NCBI GenBank assembly: GCA_001179505.1 | Contig: CDMY01000329.1 | Coordinates: 54,275-118,274, forward strand | DNA length: 64,000 bases | Reading direction: 5' to 3' | Source: Vitrella brassicaformis CCMP3155 | Taxonomy: Eukaryota > Protista > Chromerida | Shown: in pieces, positions 1 to 16,387 of the stretch | Layout: every line of letters starts with the position of its first letter | Numbering within the stretch: position 1 is the stretch's first letter | Program-made: the position numbers and the translations under genes | Notes under the pieces: generated by a model | What the model was told of the DNA's origin: nothing | The model's input: only the letters and a program-made list of their open reading frames with translations | Database searches by the model: none

Positions 1-3000
1 GCAGCGACGAGAGACAGGTGTTCAACCCTCGCACAACCAAATGTGCCCTCTTCTGCGACCTCAACCAAATTCCGACACTGGATAGGTGAGCTGCATAATT
101 GCAACACGCCGATCGATCCACATCCGGGCGGATGTGATTGCATAGGATATGTGCAGTGGATGAGCGGGCGACCCAGAATCCATCAACGCCCGTGTCGGAT
201 CGGTACGCAACACACATACAGACATGTCATCGTATGTCTGTGGTATGGCGTGCATGCAGCCTCCATTTTGAGGGCATCGAGTACTTTGACGTGTTGGCCA
301 ACTACGACACCTTCACCACTGCCCTCAAGAAAGACATCGCAGCCGTGGCCAACATTTCCCTCTCCCGCATCTCCATCGACGCCCTCGTCGAGGGATCTGT
401 GCAGGTCACATTCACCTACCTTCCTTACAGCGGACCTGGCAGTGCGGCCGACTACAAGACGCCTACCGGCATCAAGGCGATGATGGATGCCCGGCGACCG
501 TATCTCTATGCGTTCACAACCACGACATACCTCAAGGACGCTGACCCCTGGTTCGGCACATCAGCTCCCGGCCCGCCGTCTTCTGGGTCTGAAATGATAG
601 ATTTCGAGTCTATCACTGAGTCGCTCATGCAGTCGGAGGCAGACAAAATCCCAGATGTCACTGTCGTGTCGGTAGGCTGGCTCATCCGTCAAGGGGAGAG
701 GTTGCGTGAGTGATCCTCTTGTGTGTCTTCAGGATGAGATTTTCACATTGTCCGAGGTGTCGCTCATCCGCAGTGAGGAGGATGAGTACCTCCCGGAACA
801 TCGCTATCTCCCCAACTACTACGAGGCAACGGAGAGCCCAGCCGTGCTCGATTTGCAGGTGTGAGACACATACCGCAGACGCCCTGTGATGTTGACCATC
901 CATATCTCATTGTCAGCTGGCCACCTTTCTGACGCCCAAGAGGAAGGAGCCATCGGTGAAGCTCCTCTGTCCACATATGGCGGTGTCTCCCGCCGACAGC
1001 GATGCAGCAGCCAACACGACGATTATTTCGACAGGCTGTTCCAAAGACCGCAACACGCCGTTCCGCCAGGACAACGAATACGACAGAGACGTCAATGCCT
1101 ATGGCTATCTGGCTGGCGAAGTAGGAACTGGGAAGGATGGGTGACGGTGTGCAGAACGGGACAGAAGGTTGTGTATTGCTATGCAGGGGACGCCTCAGCA
1201 GTTTTGGGGCAAGTGGAAGATCCTGGACGGATTCCAGTGGTATGTGCGCGAGTCCAGCTGCAAGAGCGCCATGTTCGACGAATGCAACTGCGCCGAGTTC
1301 GACAATCTTCCCACCGGCCACTATCGCCTGACGTGCAACAAGGTCATCTACCCGACGCGTGTGTTCCAATACGAGGCAGGTATCCCCCTCAACCACAAGT
1401 GGGTCTTCCCCTCATCGCGCACCGAGTCCATCCAACACAAACCTGAATATGAAGTGAGGTCTCGCTTCTGGCCCGCTGAAGCCCCGAGACATGTTGCTGT
1501 TTGTCTGTCTGTCTGTCTGCTTGCCTCTCTGTGTGTGCAGCTGGATTTTCACACGGATTACTTCTTCACCTTCGACCAGTCAGTGCTCGAGGCCGAGAGG
1601 TCCTTTAAGGCCAGCGCCCGTCCCGGCGGCGACATCTACCAGGGCTCTCGTGTGGTGTGGATCGGGGAGCCATTTATCAAGGGCTTCCTATTCTGCGACA
1701 CCAACCAGGTCACTGACGTGATACACACGAATGAATCCATCCGTCCGTGCGTGTGCGTGCGTGTGTGCAGGGGACGGCCTTGGAGAGAGAGGAGGCGTTG
1801 AAGGTGTGTGGCCAGCGGGTGGGCACTGACACGTACCAGAACTACACCATACCGCCGCCCGCCAATCCTCCTACAGCCACACTCGATCTCATGCTCCGCA
1901 TCAACAAGAAGAGAACCAAAGAGCTCGTTGACAAGTTCAGGCCAAAGTACGGAAGCGACACCTGTTCCCACCAGCTATTCTCACCTGTTATTTCTGGTAT
2001 TGCACAGGCATTGGCCGAGGTCGGACAGCAGGCATTATAAGGAGCTAATTGAGAGCATCGACAAGTTTTCGATGGACATCCGTCATGCGATCAGCAGCAT
2101 ATCCTCTGCCGAGGACCGGAGCATCCCCCTGGTCCCTGGCACTCAATATTTCATCGTCATCTACCTGGACCTTTACCCCATCTATGAAAAGGTAGACACG
2201 CAGAGACACACACTTATAGCCAGCAATGTGGGAGGCGGAATGGCCGTTGTCTGTCTGTCTGTGTGGCTGACGTCACATCAGAATGTCCTGGGCCGCTCTC
2301 GACTCAAGTCGTGGACTGTCTCTGTGAGCGACGTCACGGGCACAACCGTCCCACTCGACTACGCAAATAGATACCAGGTACAAGGAGAGACAGTCGGAGA
2401 CAGGTGTCCACCCGCCCCTTTGTGCCTGTCACGTTCCAGAACCAAGTGCGTATAGCCGTGCACATCAACTCCAATCGCCGGCTGATCGAAAAGCAGAACT
2501 ACGATATTCCATCATTCCTCAGCGACCTGGGAGCCTGGATGGGGATATGGGCCATCGCGATCGCAGTCCTATTCTCCTGGCAGCTGATCTTTAAGCCTTT
2601 TGGCAACATCTCCCCGATGGAGGCTGACGACAGATATGAACACAAGTGGAAGAAACAGGAGGAGGCCCACTCGAAGAGAGTGGTCAGCCCGACATCACAA
2701 ACACACAGTCGATTCGCGTGTCTCATCAGTGTCTTTTTCTCTGGTTGGTTCTCGCCAGCTCAAGCTGCGCGAGAATGCCTTCAAGCTATGTGACGTCAGC
2801 CTCGAGACGGGCGACAACACCCAGACGAACGCCAATGCTGCTGCCCCTGCGCAAGCACAACCAGCATCCCAGCCGCAGCCAGCAGACACATCAGCCCCGA
2901 CAGACCAACAGCAGCAACAGCCTGACGTCACATACCAGCTGCAAGAGCTCGGCAAGGCGCTGAACCTCCCACCAGGTGGCCAGGCGATCGTGGTGGTACA

Positions 3001-3280
3001 TCAGACACACCCAGCCCCCACACCAGCACCAGCACCGCCAGCAGCCGCGCCATCGGCAAGTGATCCCGGCCCGCCCGACAGTCAGAACAAAGAGGCTGAG
3101 CAGGGTGAAAAGGTGAGCCGTGACGCGCCTGACGGCCCTGGTCAGGACTCAATAGAGATGGCCATACGTGATTTTAGGCTCGATACTGCTGGTGGGGGGG
3201 GAGGGGGTGGGGAGGTGGGCGCGTCAGTGCCGCTGCCGGGGGCCGTGGACAGGCACGACACAGAGAGCGGGGGGAGATGA
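1..3280 (+). CDS. Multi-exon membrane protein, 5' end uncertain or outside the window. Large putative extracellular region with an SEA-like segment, one C-terminal TM helix resembling DEG/ENaC TM2, and a Q/P/A-rich tail
   Basis: Successive GT-AG exons give one sensible peptide: ...TALKKDIAAVANISLSRISIDALVEGSVQVTF..., DEIFTLSEVSL..., GTPQQFWGKWKILDGFQWYV..., RRLIEKQNYDIPSFLSDLGAWMGIWAIAIAVLFSWQLIF..., ending ...DTESGGR* at 3280. Confidence 0.6.
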
Positions 3281-3987
3281 GGGGAGTCGGGAGACAGAGG
3301 CCACCTGCATGTCTGTCTCTCCTGTTCTCTCTTATCGGTTTGAGGGCTGCTTTCTTTCGGAGGTTTGTCGGGGTGCCGCGCTTTTCTCAGCAAGGCAGTG
3401 ACTTGAGCCCACCTCTGTCTCTGTTGGTGTTCTTGTGCGCAGCAGAGAGTCTGCCAGAGATACGTATCGAATCATTAGGATGTGGCTCGCTGGGGCCAGC
3501 CAAAATCGACACACACACACACACATCGATACATGCAGTCACGTCGTATGTACTCACATGGTCATTGTCTTGTCAGTCTGTCTACAGATGTCTCGCAGAG
3601 CTATCGCTGTCGCGATTTCGCTACACACACATTCACGCACACGCAATTAAAAGGCACCGCCCCCCTCCCCCAATCCCCCCCTTAAACACTCAACACCACA
3701 CACGCGTCACACCCCACTGACATGCAGCAGATAGCAGCGGAGGTCACTTTCAGTGCATTCCCCCTGCCAATGCATCATCTCAGCTTGGCACGCCTACGCA
3801 AAGTGGATCCACCCAGCCATGTATGTGAAAAAACCGAGAGGAGAGAGAGCTGTACAAACAAGACAGCACAGCAGCACAACGACACCATGTAGGTAGGTGC
3901 CTACGAAACGTGACTAACGTAGTAGCCTTGGTCGGTCAGCTATTGGCAGCTGCCGTCGTCTACTGGTCGGCCACATGGTCAGAAAGC

Positions 3988-6900
3988 TACGCTGCGGCAG
4001 GCTGGGCGTGCGCGTGTGGTGTATCCTCCCCGACGACCGTCTCCTTGACGTGCTGCGCCTTCCGGCGCTCCAGCGTGTCGACATCCTCGTCGAAATGAGC
4101 CAGCTGTACACACATGCATACATACATATATCAGACATTCGATCAGCACGTGGCTGGTGTGTGCATGGATGTGACGGCACTGCATCCATCCATCCATACC
4201 TTCCAGTTCAGGACGGTGTCTGCGAGGCCCTTGGTGAGGGTGTTGGTGCCAGAGCCGAACACCGCCGCCTGCATCCCGATCGCCAGCTGACCAGATCATG
4301 CACAGACAGACAGACAGACAGAGAGAGAGGTGTGTGCACCACATGAACATGCAAGAAGCCGGTCACCTTGGCTATTTGTCGTCCCGAGAATCCCTCGGTG
4401 CGCTTGGCCACCATGTCCCAGTACTCGTCGTCCAGCGCCGCATCGACAACGATCTTCCGGCCTGGGGAAATGATTGGTTGAATGAGGACACGACAACAGG
4501 TACAGGGATCCTTGTGCGTGTCCGTCTGGCATTGTACCTCTCTTAGTGGGAGTGTAGATGTACTCGTCGACAAACATCTTGACCATCTTACGCCGACCCT
4601 CCAAATCTGACTCACGCACACACATTGACCCACAGGCCACATTTGTCAATAGACAGACCGATGGGCCGGGCCGGCTTCCCTCTCTCTCGCTAGCTAGTGC
4701 AGTGCGGTGCGCTCACCGGGCAGGGGGAACTCGAATTGTTCGTCGACACGGTCGAGCACGGCTCTGTCCATGACCTCACGCACGTTGGTCGCCAGCACCA
4801 CACAGAAGTTGGTCGTCTCAGTGCCAGTGTGATGCAGAAAGGCCTACCACACACATGCACCACACACGTCGACGCAGAGATGGGCGCAGAGACACAGAGG
4901 AGGCGCACTGACCGAGAGGCAGTTTCTGAGTTCCTCCGACATGGTGCCCTCGCCCATTCTGCCGCGCCGCAGGAAGGCGTCAGCCTCGTCGATGAACAAG
5001 ATCAGCCCTGAGAGAGGCGCACACATACAGATAGATGTATAAGCTGACTGACTCGCTGGCCGCCTGTGGTGAATGGAGTTTGCAATAATCGCCTGGCCTG
5101 CCTTTTCTGGAGCTGTTGGCCCATCTGAAGAGCTTGTTGATCTCGTTGACCGCGTCCTTGCCTGACCACGCACCACCACAGACAGACGCGTTGTCACCTC
5201 CCTCCCTGCCTCCTCCCAGCCAGCCTCTTTCTCACCGAGCGGCCCGATGTCTCCGCCCGTCATGATGGCATAGTCGAGACCAGAATTGCGCGAGATACTG
5301 CACACCACACGACACACACACATGACATACATGGTCAGCAGGTTTATTGCCCCCCCTGCCTCTCTGATTGCATTGCGCGTACGTCCGTGCGAAAAGGGTT
5401 TTGCCGGTCCCCGGGGGGCCGTAGAGGAGAAGGTGTCTGAACGGCGTGCCGTTCCTCTTGGCGTTGACCAGAGAGTTAGACGTCCACTCCAGCCTGCATA
5501 CCATACACACAACACACGTGGCTGGGTGTCACCCAGCTGTCCTTTCTCTCTGTCTGTTCAGTGCACGGACTGACCTCTCTGATAGTTCTGCGGGCAGCAC
5601 GATTTTCTCCTGGAAGCTCGGCCGCCGCCACAGCCAACCCAGCAGATAACTCCTCCACGCACGCTGTATACACACACACGAGAGCCACCACACCAGGACT
5701 GTGCGTGTGAGTGTGTGAGTGTGTGTGTGCGTGTGTGTATACATTGAAGCTCCATCTGGATGTCTCGCGGACGAGAGGCGGCTTGCCAAGGCGGGACTCC
5801 TGCACACACACGGGTTGCAGACAGACAGACAGACAGACAGCGATGGGTGGGGCAGTTGGTGTTGGGTATGCCTGTGGGTAGGTATGTGGTTACTTACAAT
5901 GTATCTGCCGGCGATTTGAGTGCCCACACGCGCACCGTAGATGCCTGAGTGCCCACCACACACACGCTTTGGTTGGGGCACGCGGGGTGGGGATTTGTGT
6001 GTTGATCGATGCATCCATCGATCCCATACCTACCTAGTGCAGCAGCGGTGATTCCTCCGACCACAGTGGCGAGCCGCGTCTTGTCCTCGATGAGGCTGTT
6101 GAACGCTGAGTAACACACAGAGAGACACATACACACACACACACACACGGGTGTCCCATCCATCCATCCATCCATCCATCGGGGCACCCACCTCCGCCGA
6201 TGGATCCGAAAATGATTTGTAGCTGCTCCATCTTGGTCTTGCGCTCCTCGGCAAACCTGGCCCGCAGACTCCTCAAATGCACATCGGCATTCTCACGCTC
6301 CTGTTTCACACGGGCGGCTGCCTCCTCCTGCAACCAGCCACACACTCAGACGAGACGGCGGCAGGCAGATTGTGCAGACAGAAGACCAGATAGATGTGTG
6401 GATCATCCATCTACTCGACGCACTTACCCTGATTTTCTGGAGCTCGGTTTCCCTGTCCAGCCTGGCCTGCTCCGCCTGACGCCGCCGCCGCGCCTCCTCC
6501 AGCTCCAACTCTGCACGCGCAACACACACACACACACACACACGCACGTCTGAGTGGTCGTGGGTCTGTCTTGTGTCACTACCGGTGTTGAGTGCGAGTC
6601 AGTCGATTCGTACGTACGTACCATTTTTCTTTCTGAGTTCCTCTTGCCTGAGGAACTGCTGGTGCTGCTGCTGCAGCCACTCCTCGTTCTGCTTCTTCTG
6701 GTCCTGCAGCTTCTTGGAATACGCCTCACTACATCAAAACATCATTCAGTGATTGAATGAATGAAGGGCAAGACAAGACATGATGGATGGATGGCCGAGT
6801 GGGAGGGATATGTGGTCTGTGCTGTGTGCTGTGTGCTCGCTTCCTTCCTGCGTTGCTTACGCCTCAAGCTGTGCCTTGTATCTGGCGGTTTCCCGTTCCC

Positions 6901-7518
6901 TGTCGTGTTGGTGGTCGACAGTCTTCCTCTTCTCCTCCGCCTCCATGTGTGTCCGCTCCTTGACCGCCTGTGCACGGGCCGTCGCCAACTGATGAATGAA
7001 CCAGTCAAGAAATGGAATGGACAACAACCGACACAACCAACACAACCAACACGGGAACCGATGTCGACGCATTGTGATGGGTGACATGACAGACATACCT
7101 CTTCCATCTGTTTCTGCAGTTCCTTCTGCTTGGTGGCTTCCTGCATCTTGGTGACCTCGAACGCCTTGCCGGCATTGGGCGAACTGTCCAGCTCCTTCAG
7201 AGCCTTGGCGCCGCGCTCAAGCGCCGTGGGGTCAACTGCATCAGCCAACCACACGGACAAAGACACAGACACATAGACAGACAGACACAGACAGATAGAC
7301 AGACACGTGTGAGCGTAGTGCAAGCTGGCTGTGATAGATCTCCATGGTGGCAGTGCGTGTGGTGCATGGCATGCAAGGGCCGTCAGCTCACATCGGCCAG
7401 TGATATTATCCCCTTCCTTGTCCCCCTTTCCAGCCGGCATCCCGCCGGCAGGAGCGGCCACTGGGGGAGCTCCGCCGCCAGACGGCGGCTTGCCGCCACT
7501 TAGGCTTGGGAAATACAT
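3988..7518 (-). CDS. ATAD3: ATPase family AAA domain-containing protein 3 (mitochondrial ATAD3), multi-exon
   Basis: N-terminal DPTALERGAKALKELDSSPNA...EATKQKE coiled coil; Walker A region PFRHLLLYGPPGTGKT; DYAIMTGGDIGPLG; Walker B ILFIDEADAFLRRGR; TEGFSGRQIAK. ATG at 7518, TAG at 3988-3990. Confidence 0.93.
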
Positions 7519-7638
7519 GGTCCTGGAGCTGATCTGCTTCTCTCTGACCGAGATCTCCTCTCACGCTAAGCTCGCCAACCTTTACGCTCGCAGATCTGGG
7601 AGGCGAAACCGCTCTGTGGGAAAGAGGCGTCTCTCGAG
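7519..7638. promoter_or_regulatory. Putative bidirectional promoter between ATAD3 and the KMO-like gene
   Basis: Only 120 bp between divergent ATGs; contains AGATCT (7551, 7592) and AAGCTCGC (7568). Confidence 0.6.
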
Positions 7639-9380
7639 ATGCAGCTGCGGCTCCTTCTGTCTGCGGTTGCATTGCCTGCATTCATTGCCGCTGGGAAACC
7701 ATCCGATGCCAATCGCCCTGTGGTCATTGCCGGCGGCGGGCCGGCCGCCCTCGCCTCGGCAGCCATGCTCGCCCGGCGAGGCTTCGCCAACATCCACTTG
7801 CTGGAGAAGATGACGAAAGATGAGTATCTGCGAGCGACAGACAGAAGCTATGCCATGGGTGTCTCTCATCGAGGACAGGCTGCATTACAAGACCTCGGCT
7901 TCGACCTCGATTGCCTGGAGAGAGAAGCTGCCGTCACTCCCAGCAACGCGACCATCATCCGGCCAGACGGCCTTGAGGTTGTGGTGAACATGTCTGCCGG
8001 AGGACGAAGGAGGTCTCGCTCGCCGCCAAACCGGCTGCTGACGCGGCAGACGCTTACTCGACTCATGTACCGAGACCTGATGGCGCGTTTCCCTCGAATC
8101 AAGATGACCTTCGGTGCAAAGGTGGTGGGTTGCAATGTGGCCAACCTTGACCACCCATCCAAAACCGCCACAGTTCGCTACCAGCTCGACTCAGAGACGG
8201 CGCCGCGGGCGATTGGTGATGCGCAGCTCATCATCGCGGCAGACGGAGCCAACTCACGGATCGCTGCCCATGTCGCCGAGGTATGTGTGGGTGCTGGGTG
8301 GGCACATTTGCAAACACCACGGTCGGTTCTATCATGCTATCATGCGTTGCCGCGTGTGTGTGCCAACAGGTCGACCCCTCCTTCCAGCAGCACCAACTTG
8401 CTAGCGAAGGACGGTTTGCCGGGGGTCTCGACAGGCGATACAAGGTCATCGCATTCCCGCCGGCATTCGATGTCGACGTGACAACAACAAGGAGAAGGGG
8501 CGTGCTCGGCCGACGGCGGGCAGAGGAGAAAAGCGCCACACTGCACATAGTCCCCAGCGGGTCGGTGCTGATCCGGCAAGACCCGACAATGTGCAGAGGA
8601 CCGACGGACCGGCTGCTGCTCTACATCTTCCAGACGGTGGCCAAGTACTCCCGAGTGGGCATGATTATCGCCCACAAGGACCATCCCATCCTGCACTGCA
8701 CCTCAGCTGAGAAGTTCTACACGGTGCTGCAGCGGTATTTCCCTCAGTGGCGCAACGTCCGCCAGGCCATCAGCAGGAGTGAAGCCGAGCGCTATGTGAA
8801 GAAGCGGGTGGGTCACTTCCAGCCGCCGCGGCACTTGAATCGGCTGCATGTGCGTCAGCGAGTGGCGTTTGTGGGCGACGCTGCACACTCCTTCCCGCCT
8901 GACCTGGGGCAGGGGGCCAATGCCGCTCTCGAGGTGCGGGGCGCGGGGAGGGCAGAGAGGGGAGGACTGGGAGGCTGTCATTCTGTTCGTGTGGTGTCTG
9001 TACTGCTGCAGGATGTGGTCGTGTTGGATCGCTGTCTCAGAGAGACCAACAACTGCCTTGCAGAGGCTCTGCCTCTCTTCTCGCGCCAACGAGCCCCGGA
9101 CGCACACGCCATTGCGCATCTCGCTTGGCGGTTCAAGATGGGCGGCAGCTCCACACCACTGCTGCAGCGAATCCGGTGGCGCACCGACTTCGTGCTCCGG
9201 CTGGCCCTCAGCCGCCTGCTGCCCTTCCTCTTCTCGCCGCCAGTTTTCTTGATGATCGGCGAGAGAGGGTTGTCTTACACTGAGGTATGGAAACGCGCCG
9301 AGAGGGCCGGCCGGAGGATGCGGTATGCGGCTGTGCTGGTGGCTGCGGCACTGGTGAAGGCCCTGCTGCTGTTGGTGTGA
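7639..9380 (+). CDS. FAD-dependent monooxygenase, kynurenine 3-monooxygenase-like (3 exons)
   Basis: VVIAGGGPAAL Rossmann motif; RSYAMGVSHRGQAAL; LIIAADGANS; VGDAAHSFPPDLGQGANAALE; PDAHAIAHLA. Introns at about 8281-8369 and 8932-9010 join in frame. Hydrophobic N- and C-termini. Confidence 0.85.
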
Positions 9381-10037
9381 TGTGATGCGACGTGATGCGA
9401 CGAAAGGATTTGTGTGTGTGTGTGTGTGCCCGTGACGTATTTTCTCGTCAATTGTCCACGATTTATGTAGGCAGGTGAGGTGGTTCTGTGGCAATCGGTC
9501 ACTCACTCACTCGGCAAGCTGTGCGTGCAGACATGACGTGGTGTGTGTGTGTGGGGTGCAGTACAGTGCATGCGATCCATGCAGGCTGCACGCAACGAAG
9601 TGAAGTGGTATGCTATGCTGCTATGCTTTGGTTCGTTCGGTGCGTGTGTGTACGTGTGTGTATGCGCGATGCGGTCGGTATGCCGACGTGCAGGTGGCGG
9701 TGGAGACCCTCATACCACGAATGCATTCCTGATATGTGACAGATTTGACAAAAAAGTTCGCTCGAGCGCATAACCACAAGCCGCTTCATTTCATTCTTTC
9801 AGTCAGGAAATCTAAGCGAGTCTCCCTCCCTCGGATGGTATGTGTGTATGTGTGTGTGAGTGACAAATGACCGACCCACAGACCAACCGACCGAATGCAA
9901 TGCTCAGAGGCCTCTCTGAGAGCTGACCTCACTCACAGCAGGCAGATACAGACAGACAGACAGACCTCCACACACATGTAATGTAGCGGCTGGCTGGTGG
10001 CGGATGCCACGTCTTTATGTCCTGCGGGGGTGTCATG

Positions 10038-12976
10038 TCATGATTGGGCCGCCTGCTGCATCATGGCCTTGGTCACAATGCCCGACCCAATCGTCCGACC
10101 GCTGAGTGAGTGACAAGGAACCACAATCAATCAACGAATGCATGCATACGGGAGAGACAGACGTGTGTGTATAATGAGTGAGTGCTGCACTCCTCCCTTG
10201 TGTTGTGTGTACCATACCCTTCTCTGATTGCGAATCTGAGCCCCGTTTCGAGCGGCACCATCTTGCCGAGGTTCACCGTCACCTTGACGTTGTCGCCAGG
10301 CATCGCCTGCATGACATGACGACACATCCACACAAACATACAGGAGTTTCTGTCTGTCTGCGCTTGCATCCCCGTAGGGTAGCTGGTGAGTGCCAGCTGA
10401 GCTGACCAACCGACCATTTGCACGTCCTCCGGTAGTATGAGCTCGCAAGGTGCGTCTCCCGTGCGGATGAAGGCCTGCGGCCTGTAGTGGCTCATGAAGG
10501 GCTTCTTGCGGCCGCCCTCCTCCTCCTTCAACACATACAGGTCAGCCTACACAACACACCACACAGACAAATATCCGCTCAGCCGTTGATCACATCATTC
10601 ATGGACACAGAAAATGTCTGTCGGTGTGTCCCGCCTGTCGCGTATGTGTGTATGTGGTTGATGTGCACCTGGAAAGCGTTGAAGGCCTTGACGGTGCCTG
10701 GTGCCGCCAACACCATACCCCTTCCCAGATCCTCTGACATATCAATGACACACAGACAGACAGGGGGACAGACAGGACATCCATCAGCAAAAGAATCAAT
10801 CTGTATGTGTGTGTGGGGGGGGTTCCTACGTCTCTTGACTCCCTTGATCATGACGCCCACTTGGTCGCCGGCCTGACCCTCATTCAGTGTCTTGCGAAAC
10901 ATCTCCACCTGCACACACAAACACACACACACACACACACCGTGGCCAAACACGTAAATGCCCTCTCTCTCTCCCTCTCCCTTCGGCCAGCTGTCTGTCG
11001 TGTCTGGCGTCCCTACCGCAGCCGCGGTGGTCTTGATTGGTTTCTCTCTGTATCCGACGATCTCGATGGTGTCGCCCACCTTGACCCTGCCCTGCTCGAT
11101 GCGGCCCGTGACGACCGTGCCCTTACCCTGCACAACACATACAACACACAACAAGCCAAGCCGAGAGGAGAGGAGAACAGTGCAGATCAGATGGAACAGG
11201 CGCTTGGGTGGTGTGTGGTGTGAGTGAAGGTGTGTAATGGATGGAGGGCTCTCAGCGTTGGTGGAGAGATGTTTGTGCCTCGTCAGCTGACTGATATCGT
11301 ATCGGCATTGCCTTCGTTGGTTGGAAGGCACACTCGTTCTTCCTCGATCCCCCCTCCCCCCCTCCCTCCCTGTCTGTCTGCCTGTGGGAGTCACTGACCG
11401 TGATTGCGAGTGAGTCTTCGACGGCCATGAGCAGGGGCAGGTCCACCTTCCTCGCCGGCTCGGGGATGAAGCTGTCGCACGCCGACATCAACTTGCGCAC
11501 CGAATCCGCACCCCACTCGCCACTGACACACACACAACACACAGCACACGGCACACATCACAGAGAGAGAGAGAGAGAGGCGCGTTCCTAGTCCAACCAT
11601 CCATCCAATGCTCTTGGTGTGTTTGCTTTGCTTACGGCTCTCCGCTGAGTGCTTGCCGTGCCGACCCCCTGACGAACGGCGTCTCTTCGCCCGGGAAGCC
11701 GTTGTTGGTCAGCAGCTCCCTCACCTGACACACACCACGCATCGCAAGGTATGACACACAGACAGACGTCGAATGAATGGATGACCCATGCATGGGTCGA
11801 CGAGGTAGGTACCTCTAGCTCGACGAGGTCGACGAGCTCCATGTCTTCACACATGTCCATCTTGTTCAGGTACACTACCAAACGGGACACACCAATCTGA
11901 TTGATCATCGACACACATACACACACACACACACACACAGACACAGACACAGACACAGAATAGACACAGACACAGAACAGACAGGCACACGAATGACACA
12001 CGCACGGGCAGGCAGGGCCTATGTGTGTGTCAATCGTGTGCCTTGCCTGGCTGGACAGCAGGATGTGTTCCCTCGTCTGCGGCATGGGGCCATCGAAGGC
12101 AGACACAACCAATATGGCACCTGGGAGAAGGACAACGACAGACACGCACCAGGTGATCTGCCGTGTGTGTGTGACCGGATTTGTATACCGTCCATCTGTG
12201 CGGCTCCCGTGATCATGTTCTTGACGTAGTCAGCATGGCCCGGGCAGTCGACGTGGCCGTAGTGCCTCGCTGGCGTCTCGTACTCGATGTGAGTCGCGTT
12301 GATCGTGATGCCGCGCTTCTGCAGCCACCGAGATAGATGCACAGGCAGGCAATGACAGCGCATGATGGCATAGCGGGCCTCTGTCCCTTCCCCTGTTCCC
12401 TTGTTGCTTGCCTACCTGCTCCTCGGGAGCTTTATCAATCGACGCATAGTCTCGAAATGTCGCCGTGCCCTCACCAGCAAGCTGCACGCACCGTACCCAG
12501 CAGGCAGGGAACATCAGCCAGCCACTCACCAACGGACAGACACATCGCACACACAGCACAGCCCTTCCTTCCCACCCACTTGACTGACTCACTGACCACT
12601 TTGGTGATAGCGGCAGTGAGTGTGGTCTTGCCGTGGTCGACGTGGCCGATGGTGCCGATGTTGAGGTGCGGCTTGGTCCGCTCAAACACGCCCGTGGCGA
12701 ACGACCGGCGGACGCAGCACACACTGAGGCGCGGTGGGGAGAGGGAAGGGCAGGGGAGGTGCTGACACAACACGGCACCCTGTCGGGCCCTCCATGGAAT
12801 CTGAATATGTCACAGACAGCAAAGAATGACAGACACTGTGTAAGCGTCTGCGCGTCTGTGCTTTGCATACATGTGATAATCAGCATACATGTGATCATCT
12901 GATACACGTGTGTGTGTGTGGTCACCTGCAGGGTGGCGGGCAGCGGCTGCACTATCCTCGTTGATGACCTCCACAT
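10038..12976 (-). CDS. TUFM: Elongation factor Tu, mitochondrial, multi-exon
   Basis: [25 protein letters not shown]; [41 protein letters not shown]; [11 protein letters not shown]; LNKMD; FAIREGGRTIGSG. R/S-rich acid-free presequence ([11 protein letters not shown]...RRSF). Confidence 0.95.
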
Positions 12977-13551
12977 GAATGCCGTGAGTGCAGCTCCCTC
13001 CTCTCAGGTTTTCTTTGCAGGAGACCGCTGCTGCACTCGCCCGGCCTGTCGATGAGCCACCTTCGTTGCCGCTCCTGTCTGTCTGGATGGGCTCCGCCCC
13101 GAAAGAGTGAACTCTGCAGCTCCCGATTCAAGATCTCCGACCGCAAGAGCCACAAACCTGTACAGCTGACACACAACTGCAGCTTTGGACCTTCTGGAGC
13201 AGGTTTTTCTTTTCTCCCTACGGCTCGCGAATCAAACCATAAGCTCGCACAGAGGTTAGTCACCAGAGGAGGGCCGAAGCAGAGCGCTGGTCTCAAGACA
13301 ATGGCCAAAATGGCGCTGAACACGACGAATGCATCTGCAGGTTTTTTTGGGTGCAGGGTTTGCCGCCAAGGGTTTGTTAGGGCTCTGTGAAAGCCAGTTT
13401 ACCGTCTGGGGTATCTCATTCGTATCTGCATTCTCTTCCTCGCTCTTGCCTGGCCTGTTTTGTCACCTTTTGGATCTACCTCTCTCTCACACCCATCTGG
13501 CCTTCTCCACCCCTCTCTTGTCATCCTATCGCACCCCAGCACCGCCTCGCC

Positions 13552-16387
<2,836 letters not shown>

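Noticed and set aside
11130-11398. Long EF-Tu intron as a possible snoRNA host
   Set aside because: No C box (RTGATGA) with a paired D box or H/ACA hairpin pair found
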